Assembly (NCBI GenBank): GCA_017610205.1
Contig: JAFCCL010000003.1
Location: 62,353-126,352, forward strand
Direction: 5' to 3'
Source: Candidatus Iainarchaeum sp.
Lineage (GTDB): Archaea > Iainarchaeota > Iainarchaeia > Iainarchaeales > GCA-2688035
DNA: 64,000 nucleotides
Below are positions 20,030 through 29,443 of this stretch, in pieces. Position 1 is the first letter of the stretch. The number at the start of each line of letters is the position of its first letter. The notes below the pieces were generated by a model that did no database searches, had not been told where the DNA came from, and saw only the letters and a program-made list of their open reading frames with translations. A program made the translations under genes and the position numbers.

Positions 20030-21286
20030 CTAGCGCACTATTGTTTCTTCCCTTCCTGGTCCTATTGAAACAATTTTTGCTTCAATTCCAAGTTCTTTTT
20101 CAACAAAGGCAACATAGTCCTGTGCCTCTTTTGGAAGCTGGCCAAAGCTTGTTGCACTGCTGTCCATTTCAAATCCTGGCATTTCTTTGTAAACTGGTTT
20201 GCATTTGGAGAGCTTTTCAAGGTCTGCAGGCAGTTCCTGAATTTTTTCCCTTTCCCATTTGTATTCTGTGCAAACCATTATTTTTTCAAGTCCTGTTAAT
20301 ACATCAAGCTTTGTTAATGCAATTTCCGTAAATCCGTTAAGCCTGATTGAAGTTTTCAACAGAACTAAATCAAGCCAGCCTACACGCCTTGGTCGCCCGG
20401 TTGTTGTTCCAAATTCTTTTCCTTTTTCCCTAATTTCGTCTCCAAGCTTTCCTTCAAGTTCTGTTACAAACGGCCCTTCGCCAACCCTTGTTGTATAAGC
20501 TTTTACAATCCCAATAATTCTTTCAATTGGCCTTACTCCAATTCCAACTCCTGTAAAGATTGCGCCTGCAGTTGGATGAGAGCTTGTAACATAGGGGTAG
20601 GTTCCAAAATCGTTGTCCAAAAAAGTTCCCTGCGCCCCTTCAAACAAAACATTTTTTCCTTCTTTTAACGCATTGCTTACTTTCAATGAAACGTCTCCGT
20701 AATAGCTTGCAAATTCTTTTCCCAAAGCATTGTATTCTGCAAAAATTTCCTCTTTTGAAGCAGGCATTTCTGCACCGTAAACATTTTTCAAAATCTTTTC
20801 CTTTGCCTCAAACCCTGTGCCAATTTTTTCCTTTAATTTTTCTGAGTCAACGAGTTCGCAAAATCTTATCCCTGTTCTTGAAGCCCTGTCTGCATAACAC
20901 GGGCCAACTCCCCGTCCTGTTGTTCCAATTTTGCCCTTGCCTTTTGCAGTTTCTTTTGCATTGTCCAATGCATTGTGCCAGGGCATAATAATTTGCGTTC
21001 TTGGGTCAATTACAAGATCAATTTCTTGCTCTAATTGCCCTAATTCTTTCTTCAAAACGTTTGGGTCCAAAGCAATTCCTGCTGCAACAAGGCATTTCTT
21101 TTCCTGAATTGCGCCTGACGGCATTAAATGAAATTTGTATTTCTTGCCCTGCACTACAACAGTGTGTCCTGCGTTGTTGCCACCGTTAAATCTTACAACC
21201 AAATCAGCGTCTTTTGCAAGCAGGTCAACAACCTTGCCTTTTCCTTCATCGCCCCACTGGGCTCCAATTACAATTGTAGAAGTCAT
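20030..21286 (-). CDS. purA: Adenylosuccinate synthetase (bacterial-length)
   Basis: QWGDEGKGK, GGNNAGHT, EGAQG, GTYPYVTSS, GTTTGRPRR, TKLDVL. Confidence 0.96.
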   Translation of the reverse strand: MTSTIVIGAQWGDEGKGKVVDLLAKDADLVVRFNGGNNAGHTVVVQGKKYKFHLMPSGAIQEKKCLVAAGIALDPNVLKKELGQLEQEIDLVIDPRTQIIMPWHNALDNAKETAKGKGKIGTTGRGVGPCYADRASRTGIRFCELVDSEKLKEKIGTGFEAKEKILKNVYGAEMPASKEEIFAEYNALGKEFASYYGDVSLKVSNALKEGKNVLFEGAQGTFLDNDFGTYPYVTSSHPTAGAIFTGVGIGVRPIERIIGIVKAYTTRVGEGPFVTELEGKLGDEIREKGKEFGTTTGRPRRVGWLDLVLLKTSIRLNGFTEIALTKLDVLTGLEKIMVCTEYKWEREKIQELPADLEKLSKCKPVYKEMPGFEMDSSATSFGQLPKEAQDYVAFVEKELGIEAKIVSIGPGREETIVR

Positions 21287-21379
21287 AAAATTGCTCTCTT
21301 CAAACAAAAAAAAGGCAGAGCATTTTTTAAATTAAACCCAGAAATTCCCTTTTTAAACCATTCGCCTGATTTAAATTAT

Positions 21380-22840
21380 ATGGTTGGAAAAGACATTTTA
21401 CATGTTAAAGAGGCGTTGACCTTTGATGACGTTCTACTTGTTCCTGGTTCAAGCAAAATTTTGCCAAAAGACGTTAATCTAAACACAAGGCTTTCAAAGA
21501 AACTAAAAATTAACATTCCTCTGGTTTCTGCTGCAATGGACACTGTTACTGAATCGCAGACAGCAATTGCAATTGCAAGAGAGGGTGGAATTGGAATAAT
21601 TCACAAAAATTTAAACGCAGAACAGCAGTCGGCAGAAGTAAGCAAGGTTAAAAGAAGCGAATTTTTGATTGTAAGCAATCCACTGTGTGTAAGCCCTGAT
21701 AACTCCTTACAGCAGGTTTTTGAATTGCAGAAAGCAAAGGGCATTGGAAGCTTTCCTGTTGTAAAAAACGGAAAGCTTGTTGGAATTTTGACCCAAAGAG
21801 ACCTTTCCTTTGAATCGGATTTTTCAAAAAAGGTTTTGGAACTTATGACAAAAGACGTTGTAAGCATTGACCACAAGCCAAGCATTGATGAAGCAAAGGA
21901 AATTTTGCACAAGTACAGGATTGAAAAATTGCCAATAATTGATTCAAGTGGAAAAATTACCGGAATGCTTACTGCAACAGACATTAGAAAGCAGGAGCTT
22001 TATCCAAATGCTGCCAAGGACAAAAAAGGCCAGCTTGTTGTAGGTGCTGCGGTTGGAGTAAATGACAGGGAAAGAATTGGAAAACTTATTGAAGCAGGGG
22101 TTGACACCATAGTTGTTGACACCGCTCACGGCCACAGCAAAGGTGTTGTTGAAGTAGTTAAACGCTACAAAAAACAATTTGATGTCGAGCTTATTGCGGG
22201 AAATGTTGCAACACCAGAAGCAGTACATGACCTTGCATCAGCCGGAGCAGACGCTGTAAAGGTAGGTGTTGGGCCAGGAGCAATTTGTACTACCAGAATA
22301 ATAAGTGGTGTTGGCGTTCCGCAATTTACTGCCGTTCTTGAATGCAGTAAAGCGGCAAAAAAATACAATGTTCCAATTATTGCCGATGGTGGCATTCGCT
22401 ACAGTGGCGACATTGTTAAAGCCTTGGCTGCAGGGGCTTCAAGCATTATGCTTGGCTCGCTGTTTGCAGGCTGTGAGGAAACCCCTGGCAGGACGGTTTT
22501 TCTTTACAACAGGAAATTTAAACAGTACAGAGGAATGGGTTCTTTGGGGGCAATGCAAAAGGGCGGAAAGGAAAGATACTTTCAAGGCGATGTAAGTGAT
22601 GCAAGCAAGCTTGTGCCTGAGGGTGTTGAAGGAATTGTTCCCTACAAAGGAATGGTTAGTGAAATGGTTTTCCAATTGCTTGGAGGGCTTCGTTCAGGAA
22701 TGGGAATGATTGGAGCAAAAGACATTGCTACCTTGAAAAAGAACACTAAGTGGATTAAAATTACTGCTGCAGGAGTAAAGGAATCACACCCTCACAATAT
22801 TAATATTACTGAGGAAAGCCCAAATTATTCAGGAAAGTAG
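21380..22840 (+). CDS. guaB: IMP dehydrogenase with CBS pair
   Basis: [37 protein letters not shown]; ATG at 21380 (ORF track extends upstream). Confidence 0.96.
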   Translation: MVGKDILHVKEALTFDDVLLVPGSSKILPKDVNLNTRLSKKLKINIPLVSAAMDTVTESQTAIAIAREGGIGIIHKNLNAEQQSAEVSKVKRSEFLIVSNPLCVSPDNSLQQVFELQKAKGIGSFPVVKNGKLVGILTQRDLSFESDFSKKVLELMTKDVVSIDHKPSIDEAKEILHKYRIEKLPIIDSSGKITGMLTATDIRKQELYPNAAKDKKGQLVVGAAVGVNDRERIGKLIEAGVDTIVVDTAHGHSKGVVEVVKRYKKQFDVELIAGNVATPEAVHDLASAGADAVKVGVGPGAICTTRIISGVGVPQFTAVLECSKAAKKYNVPIIADGGIRYSGDIVKALAAGASSIMLGSLFAGCEETPGRTVFLYNRKFKQYRGMGSLGAMQKGGKERYFQGDVSDASKLVPEGVEGIVPYKGMVSEMVFQLLGGLRSGMGMIGAKDIATLKKNTKWIKITAAGVKESHPHNINITEESPNYSGK

Positions 22841-22854
22841 TTATTTTTTGTTTT

Positions 22855-23535
22855 TTAAGGGGTTAATTCTAACTCGTGGCGCTCAATATACTCTCTTAAT
22901 TTAGTTTTTACCCTTGATATTCTACTTTTAACTATTGAAACATTCTCGCCCAAATGTTTGGCTGTTTGTTCTAATGTCCTAGGAGACCTGTCTGAGTATA
23001 CATAAGATTCTCTAATTTTATAACGGTATGCAAAAGTTTTTTTTGACTTTTCATCAATTCCGATTTTTTTTAAAATATTCCCAACTACATTAAACACCCC
23101 TTGTTCAGGCATTTCAACTTTTGCCCTTTTGTCAACCATTTTGAGAAACATTTCAAAAGACCTTGTTTGAGCCAACTTTCTTTCATATTTTTCCTGTCTT
23201 AAAATATTACGCATTGCATTTTTTGCTGTTCTCAAAAAATAATGTCTTGTTTTCCGAACAGACGGCATTCCTGCAGCAGTCATGATGTGTATCACGGCTT
23301 CTGAAATCATTTGGTCATGAAGTGAATTTTTTTCACTAGGTTTTTTATCCCAGGGTGATGCCTTTTTTACATATGGTTTCTTTCGTGCATACCTTTCTGC
23401 CATTTTTTCCAGAATAGGCATGATTGGCTCTACAAATTTAGCATATCTTCTTTCTCCTTCTGCTTTTGGCATCTGCAGTCTTTTAGCAGTCTTAAATCCC
23501 ATTACTCTCTTTTCCGGCCTATTTCTTAACACCAT
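22855..23535 (-). CDS. Sigma-70-like protein (region 2-like and region 4-like HTH), divergent
   Basis: ILEKMAERYA...DQMISEAVIHI...YFLRTAKNAMRNILR; C-terminal RTLEQTAKHLGENVSIVKSRISRVKTKLRE. Confidence 0.65.
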   Translation of the reverse strand: MVLRNRPEKRVMGFKTAKRLQMPKAEGERRYAKFVEPIMPILEKMAERYARKKPYVKKASPWDKKPSEKNSLHDQMISEAVIHIMTAAGMPSVRKTRHYFLRTAKNAMRNILRQEKYERKLAQTRSFEMFLKMVDKRAKVEMPEQGVFNVVGNILKKIGIDEKSKKTFAYRYKIRESYVYSDRSPRTLEQTAKHLGENVSIVKSRISRVKTKLREYIERHELELTP

Positions 23536-23591
23536 AACACAATTAGTTCACTGCTGATTAATAATCTTTTCTAAATAAATTAGTTTTTGCT

Positions 23592-24291
23592 TTACGCAAT
23601 CCCTTTCAAGTAAGCAAGCCTTTTTTCTTCTTCAAACCTTTCAATTGCATACCTTAGCATAGTGCGTGGCATTTTCTTGTAGTGCTTTTTTCAAAAACTT
23701 TTCTTCCACTGCCAAATCCCTTTTTCCAACTTCTCTTAACATCCAGCCAACTGCTTTGTGAATGAGGTCGTGTTTGTCGTGCAAAAGAATTTCTGAAATT
23801 TTTAACGTGTCGTCAAAATCGTTGTTTTTGATAAATGCAAGCGTTGAAATTATTGCAATCCTTTTTTTCCAAAGTTTGCTTGATTTGGCAAGCTTGTACA
23901 AAACCTGCCTGTTCTTTTTCATTAAATACACTCCCACAATCTTTGGAGCAGTTAGGTCTACTAAATCCCAGTTGTTTACTCCCTGCAGGTTTTCAAAATA
24001 AAAATCAAATACCTTTTTTTTCTCAGCATCGTCTGCTTTTTCAAACTTTTCTACCAGAATCAGCAATGCTACAAGCCTTTCCTCGTGAATTTTTGAATTC
24101 AAAAAAGGCTTTAGTTTTTGCAGTTCAATTTCACTGAATTTTTTTGCAACCTTTCTTTGCTCTCCAACACTTGCCCCGATAAAAACGTCGCCTTCACCAT
24201 ACTGTCCCTTTCCTGTTTTGAAAAAACCCTGAAGTATTTTTGCCTTTTCCGGGTTAGAATGAATTGCAATTTCTTGCTTTAGAGAAATCAT
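23592..24291 (-). pseudogene. AlkD-family DNA alkylation repair enzyme, frameshifted near the 3' end
   Basis: FFKTGKGQYGEGD, NNWDLVD, IHKAVGWMLREVGKR; conserved tail MPRTMLRYAIE lies in another frame after an A6 run (23686-23691). Confidence 0.85.
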
Positions 24292-24426
24292 TTAAAAACC
24301 AACATTACTTCTTTGCCGCAAGTCCATTCAGAAGCTTTTTTTTTATTTAAAATAATTAGGCCTGTTTTCCATTAAAAGTTGTTACTTATTCCTTTTTTCC
24401 CCTCCGAACTATTATGGGAATTAGTT

Positions 24427-25020
24427 CTATTTTTCTGAAAGCATTTCCTTCAATTTTTTTCTTGCATTGAAGATAACCCTTTGAGCTGTTCCTGTTGGAA
24501 CGCCAAAATGTGCAGCGGTTTCCCTGTATTTCTTTGGAGTGTTTCCTCCAAGGCCTGTGTGGTGGAGAAACATTGCCTTGTCCCTTTGGCTTAAATCAGA
24601 AACGTCCACAAGCATTTTTACAACCTTTATTATTTCCTTCTCATTTGACCTGCCTAACTTGTTCAAAATATTCTTTGTTCCTGGGTTTCTGTTTGAACTA
24701 GTTGTGATATATTCCCTGATGGTTCTTCTGTAGCTTCTTTCAGCTAAGGCATCGTTTAGCATAGAATGTCTTGCAATAACTATTGCAAAGTTTTGTTTGG
24801 GTCTTCCTTTTTGATAATTGCCTGTTCCGGAAACAATTTTTAAGGTGGCCTTTGCCAAATAATCTTCTGCCAGTTCACGCTTTCCGTTTGCAATCCTTAG
24901 AGCCATATGCCCTAACGTTTTCTCAAATGGCTTAACAAATCGGTTGAACCTTTCTTCCGCAACATTCTGTTTCTTTGGCCATTTTTTCATCCACGCAGGG
25001 TTTGCTTTTTTCTTTGCCAT
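24427..25020 (-). CDS. Sigma-70-family (ECF-like) factor
   Basis: Region 2: LGHMALRIANG...LAEDYLAKATLKI...FAIVIARHSML; region 4: LSQRDKAMF...GLGG...YRETAAHFGVPTGTAQRVIFNARKKLKE. Confidence 0.75.
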   Translation of the reverse strand: MAKKKANPAWMKKWPKKQNVAEERFNRFVKPFEKTLGHMALRIANGKRELAEDYLAKATLKIVSGTGNYQKGRPKQNFAIVIARHSMLNDALAERSYRRTIREYITTSSNRNPGTKNILNKLGRSNEKEIIKVVKMLVDVSDLSQRDKAMFLHHTGLGGNTPKKYRETAAHFGVPTGTAQRVIFNARKKLKEMLSEK

Positions 25021-25179
25021 AAAAGAATTTAACATTCAACTATTTAAATAAATAGTGCAACAGGATGGTTTTGAATAAATGGATTGCAGTGTAAGATATT
25101 CAAACCAGCATTAGTACCAGCTATATACTAATGTTGTTAAATTTTGTTGTTCTTAAAGTATTCTATTAACTGTAACAGT

Positions 25180-26649
25180 TTAAATTTTTCCCGTTAGCTG
25201 GGTGGTGAGGCTGTCGTGCAGTATTTGGTAATATTGTTGGTTGCGGTGTTTGCTGGTCATGTATAGGGATGCTTGCATGGCATAGCTTTGCATGTGTTTT
25301 GTGCTTCTGTTTTGTTGGCTGATTTTGCGTTTTAGGACTTCGTGTCTTAGGTCTCGTTCTGCTCTGTTGTTTGTGGGGTCAACGTATGGGTATTCGAGGA
25401 AGGTGAACCACTTGCCTTGTTGTTTAAGGATGTATTTTTTGAGGCGCAGGGTGTTTTTTCCAAACCATCTGTTTTGTCGCCTGTTTTTTTCTCCTAATAG
25501 GGTTAGGATTTCTGTGTCGTATTTTTGTCTGAGTTCTTTGGAGCAGCCGATTTCGCGTTTGTCTTTTTTTGCTTGGCTAAAGGGTTGCATGATTTTTTCT
25601 ACAAGTGTTTCGTAGTCTCTTTTTTCCTTTTTTGTTTTGAAGTAGTGCTTGGGCTTTTTTGCAAGCCTGGATAGGTGTTCCCAGCACTTTTGCTGTTTTT
25701 TGCTGGTTTTATTGTATGCTGCAAGCGCGTCAGAGATTGTAACGCAGTCTTTGTTGGTTTTTAGGGAGCATGCTGTTTCCGAGTTTCGTTTTTCTGTTAT
25801 TTGAAAGTAAACTGTTTGTGCTGTGCTTGCAACCCATAGCCAGTTTAGTTTTCCGTTTTTTTGCCACCCTGTTTCGTCACGATGCACGAACAAGGCCTTT
25901 TGTATTTCTTCCTCAAGATTTTTGTAATCTTCTTTTAGGTAGTCTTTGAGTCGTTGCAGGGTATTGCTTACTGTTGCAGGCGAGATGTCCAAGCTGAAGA
26001 TGGTTGAGAACAGTTCGCTTATTTTCCTATCAGACATGTTAAAGCCTGTGAACAGCACTGATATGAGGATTGCTGTATTTAAGTCAAACTTGCTGCCAGG
26101 CAAAGCGTCAGGTAGCCTTGGAATAACCTCTTTCTTGCAGTCCAGGCAGTAGTATGCTCAGATCTTGTTGAGTACGCGTTCAAGTGTTGGGGACTTGATG
26201 TGGATTGTCGTGCGAAAATACTTTTTCTTCTTTCTTGTTATCCTTGTTCCTCCACAGCAAGGGCAACGCTTCATAGTAACGTCTCTCTCCCTATCATGGA
26301 CTTTTGGCCTGGAGTTGCGCAGGTTCTGTTTAGGTTTTCCCTGTTCTGGTTTCAACGCTTCCTGCACTTTGTTCCTCAAACCAGGTTTCAAATGGGGTGG
26401 GATACTGCCTGAAGGGGTGTTCTCGTTCTGATATTTTCGCAGCTCTCCTAAAAGCCGCTTATTTTCCTTAAGTAAGAACATAAGCTGATCTTTAAACTCG
26501 AAAATAATCTTGTCCTTTTCAGCGATGATTTTTCTTTGTCCAGCAACTATCTCTTTTAGTACAGTAACCTGTTCAGCAATCTTCTTTTCCAGTTCTACAG
26601 TGTTAGCTTCAAAGCGTTCTGTTATTTTGCGAAGTTTAGCCTTGTTCAT
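25180..26649 (-). pseudogene. IS66 transposase with a single in-frame TGA
   Basis: Coiled coil, PSGSIPP, CPCC/CLDC zinc finger, DETGW, SD, QKCWEHL, PTNNRAERDLR; the two ORFs are in frame across TGA at 26158-26160. Confidence 0.88.
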
Positions 26650-26783
26650 GATATCAACACAACTCTAACTCTCTTACCAATCCACTTCTTTGGCAAGTAA
26701 ACCCTGCCACTATTACCGCTAGATTGAACGAGCTTCTCAATGACCTCATAGCCCTCCAATCGAATCGAAATAGCCTTTTTCAT
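26646..26783 (-). CDS. DUF2080-like transposon-associated small protein (AbrB-like)
   Basis: Manual translation MKKAISIRLEGYEVIEKLVQSSGNSGRVYLPKKWIGKRVRVVLIS; ATGA overlap with transposase start. Confidence 0.8.
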   Translation of the reverse strand: MKKAISIRLEGYEVIEKLVQSSGNSGRVYLPKKWIGKRVRVVLIS

Positions 26784-26804
26784 GTAGCTACAATGTAGCT
26801 ACAT
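26782..26804. promoter_or_regulatory. Double palindromic operator at the DUF2080 start
   Basis: TGTAGCTACA twice (26783-26792, 26794-26803); the whole 23-mer is palindromic. Confidence 0.6.
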
Positions 26805-26980
26805 AGATTGGTTAAACATATCTATCAGCCAAAACAACACAAAATGCGTCAAAAAGAGGATATTTTTAAACTGTTACTATTTTTTGACAAGTTATTTATA
26901 AATAAAACAACATATAATTGACAAAAAATAGCTATTTATCGAGTATATTTTTGACAATTACTTTATAAATAGAATCTATT

Positions 26981-27166
26981 TTGAATGACAATTTGCATAA
27001 TCTAAAGGGGTGGGGTGATGAAATTATACCCAAAATCGAACTTGAAATCAAAGCCCAGGTGGAAAAGGAGATTTACGAAACTTTTGAAGCAAAACTCAAG
27101 ATATCTGGCTATAACTCAAAAGCTGAGTGGTTGAGAGAGCAAATAAGGAATTTCCTTGAAAAATAA
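26981..27166 (+). CDS. Small ribbon-helix-helix (CopG/NikR-like) protein; start uncertain
   Basis: IKAQVEKEIYETFE...GYNSKAEWLREQIRNFL pattern. Confidence 0.6.
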   Translation: MNDNLHNLKGWGDEIIPKIELEIKAQVEKEIYETFEAKLKISGYNSKAEWLREQIRNFLEK

Positions 27167-27252
27167 TTATGCATACTACCAATGTGATTTACTGCCTTAA
27201 TTTTAAGGAACTTTTATTAAATTATTTAGCTGTTTTCTAATAGGTGAAAATT

Positions 27253-27396
27253 ATGGCAGATAATAAATTTTCTGGCCCTGTTGTAATGCAATGTAATGGT
27301 CTTGATTGTTCTTTTAGAGGTAAAACAAAACATGTGCCAGTTACTGCAAATGGTGATTTAAAGTGTCAGTGTACTGAATGCGGCCATATAGAATAA
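27253..27396 (+). CDS. 47-aa zinc-ribbon microprotein
   Basis: AGGTGA SD; MADNKFSGPVVMQCNGLDCSFRGKTKHVPVTANGDLKCQCTECGHIE. Confidence 0.6.
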   Translation: MADNKFSGPVVMQCNGLDCSFRGKTKHVPVTANGDLKCQCTECGHIE

Positions 27397-27494
27397 TAAC
27401 CAATATTCTTCCTTATTTTTATCTATAAATCCCTTATTTGTCTCCATAAACCCTCTTAGTCATTGCGCATGATTGCAGGGGGGATGATTCGAAA

Positions 27495-27548
27495 GCCGTC
27501 TCGCCCGGCTAGTGCGAGTGCCATCTTCGTTTGGACTCGATGACACAG
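27495..27548. repeat. Structured dispersed element, copy 1
   Basis: gccgtctcgcccggctagtgcgagtgccatcttcg...ctcgatgacac; similar to copies at 28891 and 59586. Confidence 0.75.
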
Positions 27549-27550
27549 TT

Positions 27551-27634
27551 TGCACGGGAGCGGATTCGAACCGCTGAACGCACTAAGCGACAGGATCTTG
27601 AGTCCTGCGGGTTTGACCGCTTCCCTACCCGTGC
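27551..27634 (-). tRNA. tRNA-Leu(CAA)
   Basis: Cloverleaf with long variable arm, anticodon loop CT-CAA-GA, GGTTCGAATCC; no encoded CCA. Confidence 0.93.
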
Positions 27635-27686
27635 ATATAGAAGGAAAACAAGTGAAATAATTTAAATTCGTTGGTTGGAGCCTGTT

Positions 27687-28052
27687 TTAGAATTCTAGCT
27701 CGTCGCCAATTTTTATGTTTGGAAACTTTCCCTTTGATGCTTTTAAAAACAATGCGCCTTTTTGCCCTTCTTCAATTAAATCAGTTTCTTTGTTTTCAAT
27801 CTGAATGCTTTTAACTTCAAATTTTTGGCCCCTGAATTTTGCTTTGCTTTTTTTCCTAATGCTTCCTCCAGCTATCCCTTTTACCATTAGGCTGTCGTGC
27901 ACGTGAAAGATTCCTGTTACAGCAAACCCGTGGCTTGCCGGAACAATTTCTTCCGTTTCCAATCCCTTTTTTGCCCTGCTTACGTCAGGAATGCATACTC
28001 CCAAATCGTGCTTTTTTTTGTCTTTTTGAAAAAGCTCTTGAAAAAGCCTCAA
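27687..28052 (-). CDS. Small protein with EF-Tu domain-II-like beta-barrel
   Basis: FAVTGIFHV...VKG...GSIRK...EVKSIQIE...EGQKGALFL pattern. Confidence 0.55.
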   Translation of the reverse strand: MRLFQELFQKDKKKHDLGVCIPDVSRAKKGLETEEIVPASHGFAVTGIFHVHDSLMVKGIAGGSIRKKSKAKFRGQKFEVKSIQIENKETDLIEEGQKGALFLKASKGKFPNIKIGDELEF

Positions 28053-28152
28053 AACAAAAACACCCCTATATCTATAGCCCTTGAAAAGTATAAAAAGCTA
28101 TCAACAAAGAGATTTTTTTTAAAAAAAACCACGGTGAGATTATCCGGACAAG

Positions 28153-28848
28153 TTATCCCTGGCCATAGTAAGCGTTCTTTCCGTGCTTTCTCAAAAAGTG
28201 CTTGTCCAGCAGAGCCTGGTCAATTGCTTTTGTTTCAGGATTAACCTTCAATGTTTCAATGTTCATTCTTGCAACCTGCTCCAAAACAACAGCGTTCTCA
28301 ACAGTCTTTTCTGCTGTTTCACCGAAAACAAACGGGCCATGGTTTGCAACCAAGCAGGCAGGCACTTGCAGGGGGTCAATCTTTTTTTCTTCAACGGTTT
28401 CAACAATTACTTTACCAGTGTTTGCCTCGTAATCGTTGACAATTTCCTCTTCACTAAGTTTTCTTGTAACCGGAACCTTTCCAAAAAAATGATCAGCATG
28501 CGTTGTTCCAAAGCACTCAATTCCCTTCAATGCCTGTGCAAAAGTCGTTGCATGAGTGGAGTGTGTGTGAACAACGGACTTTATTTTCGGAAAATTGCGG
28601 TAAATCTCCAAATGCGTTGGAGTATCAGAACTTGGTCTTTTATCCCCTTCAACAACCTTTCCTTCAAGGTCTACGAGAACAATGTCCTCTGTTTCCAATT
28701 CCTCAAAGGAAACCCCACTTGGCTTTATTGCAACAATTTTTTTCTCAAAATCAATTTCGCTCAAATTGCCCCAGGTAAAAATAACCAGACCATGCTCTGC
28801 CAACGCCACATTTCCTTCACAAACCCTTTCCTTTAATTCTTCAAGCAT
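28153..28848 (-). CDS. araD: L-ribulose-5-phosphate 4-epimerase (class II aldolase family)
   Basis: TWGNLS, IKPSGV, PSSDTPTH, HTHS, GTTHADHF, HGPF, KHFLRKHGKNAYYGQ. Confidence 0.92.
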   Translation of the reverse strand: MLEELKERVCEGNVALAEHGLVIFTWGNLSEIDFEKKIVAIKPSGVSFEELETEDIVLVDLEGKVVEGDKRPSSDTPTHLEIYRNFPKIKSVVHTHSTHATTFAQALKGIECFGTTHADHFFGKVPVTRKLSEEEIVNDYEANTGKVIVETVEEKKIDPLQVPACLVANHGPFVFGETAEKTVENAVVLEQVARMNIETLKVNPETKAIDQALLDKHFLRKHGKNAYYGQG

Positions 28849-28890
28849 TTTAGTATTAAATTTGGATTAGTTTAAATCACTTTTGGCAAA

Positions 28891-29015
28891 GCCGTCACGC
28901 CCGGCAGCCGCCACAGCCGGCTGATCAGAGTGTCATCTTCCGCCGAAAACCCGGAGATTGTTACACTATCTTCACAACCTTCGGTTGCTCGATAGAGTAG
29001 CTCGATGACACGAGC
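28891..29015. repeat. Structured dispersed element, copy 2 (with nested hairpin)
   Basis: gccgtcacgcccggc...gagtgtcatcttc...ctcgatgacacg. Confidence 0.7.
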
Positions 29016-29131
29016 CGAAAATACAAAAAATAAAAAAGTTAACATTATCATCTTTCCACTGGTTCTTTTAATTTCGCAGCATATACTGAATTCGATATAT
29101 TTTTATATTACAATGTATAACATAGTATCTT

Positions 29132-29443
29132 ATGGATAAGTTAGATAAAATGGATAATATTTGCATTAGACTGGATACAGGGCTTTCTAGGAAAATCGAA
29201 AGGGATATGAAAGAGTTTCATTATAGCACTAAAACTGATTTTGTTAGGGATGCTATTAGAACCAAACTTTCTTTGTTGGATGAACAGAGGGCAAAGAAAA
29301 AAGCTTGGGCTGCGTTATTTGCCGCAAGAGGTTCTTTGAAAGGAAAGTTTCCAGTGAGAACTAATGAAGAAGAGCAAGTGTTTGAAAAAAGGCTTAATAA
29401 GGAAATATTAGAACATTTTGAGAAAAAATTTAGCCTTAAGTAA
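29132..29443 (+). CDS. Ribbon-helix-helix antitoxin-like protein
   Basis: NICIRLD...HYSTKTDFVRDAIR. Confidence 0.75.
   Translation: MDKLDKMDNICIRLDTGLSRKIERDMKEFHYSTKTDFVRDAIRTKLSLLDEQRAKKKAWAALFAARGSLKGKFPVRTNEEEQVFEKRLNKEILEHFEKKFSLK

Larger units (their letters stand above)
25172..26877 (-). mobile_element. IS66-family insertion sequence
   Basis: Perfect 13-bp terminal inverted repeats GTAACAGTTTAAA (25172-25184; 26865-26877); encloses DUF2080-like gene and transposase; no perfect 8-bp target duplication. Confidence 0.88.

Noticed and set aside
27495-27548. HDV-like/theta or hammerhead ribozyme in the tRNA trailer
   Set aside because: Could not place the nested double pseudoknot or the CUGANGA/GAAA core; kept as an unclassified structured repeat
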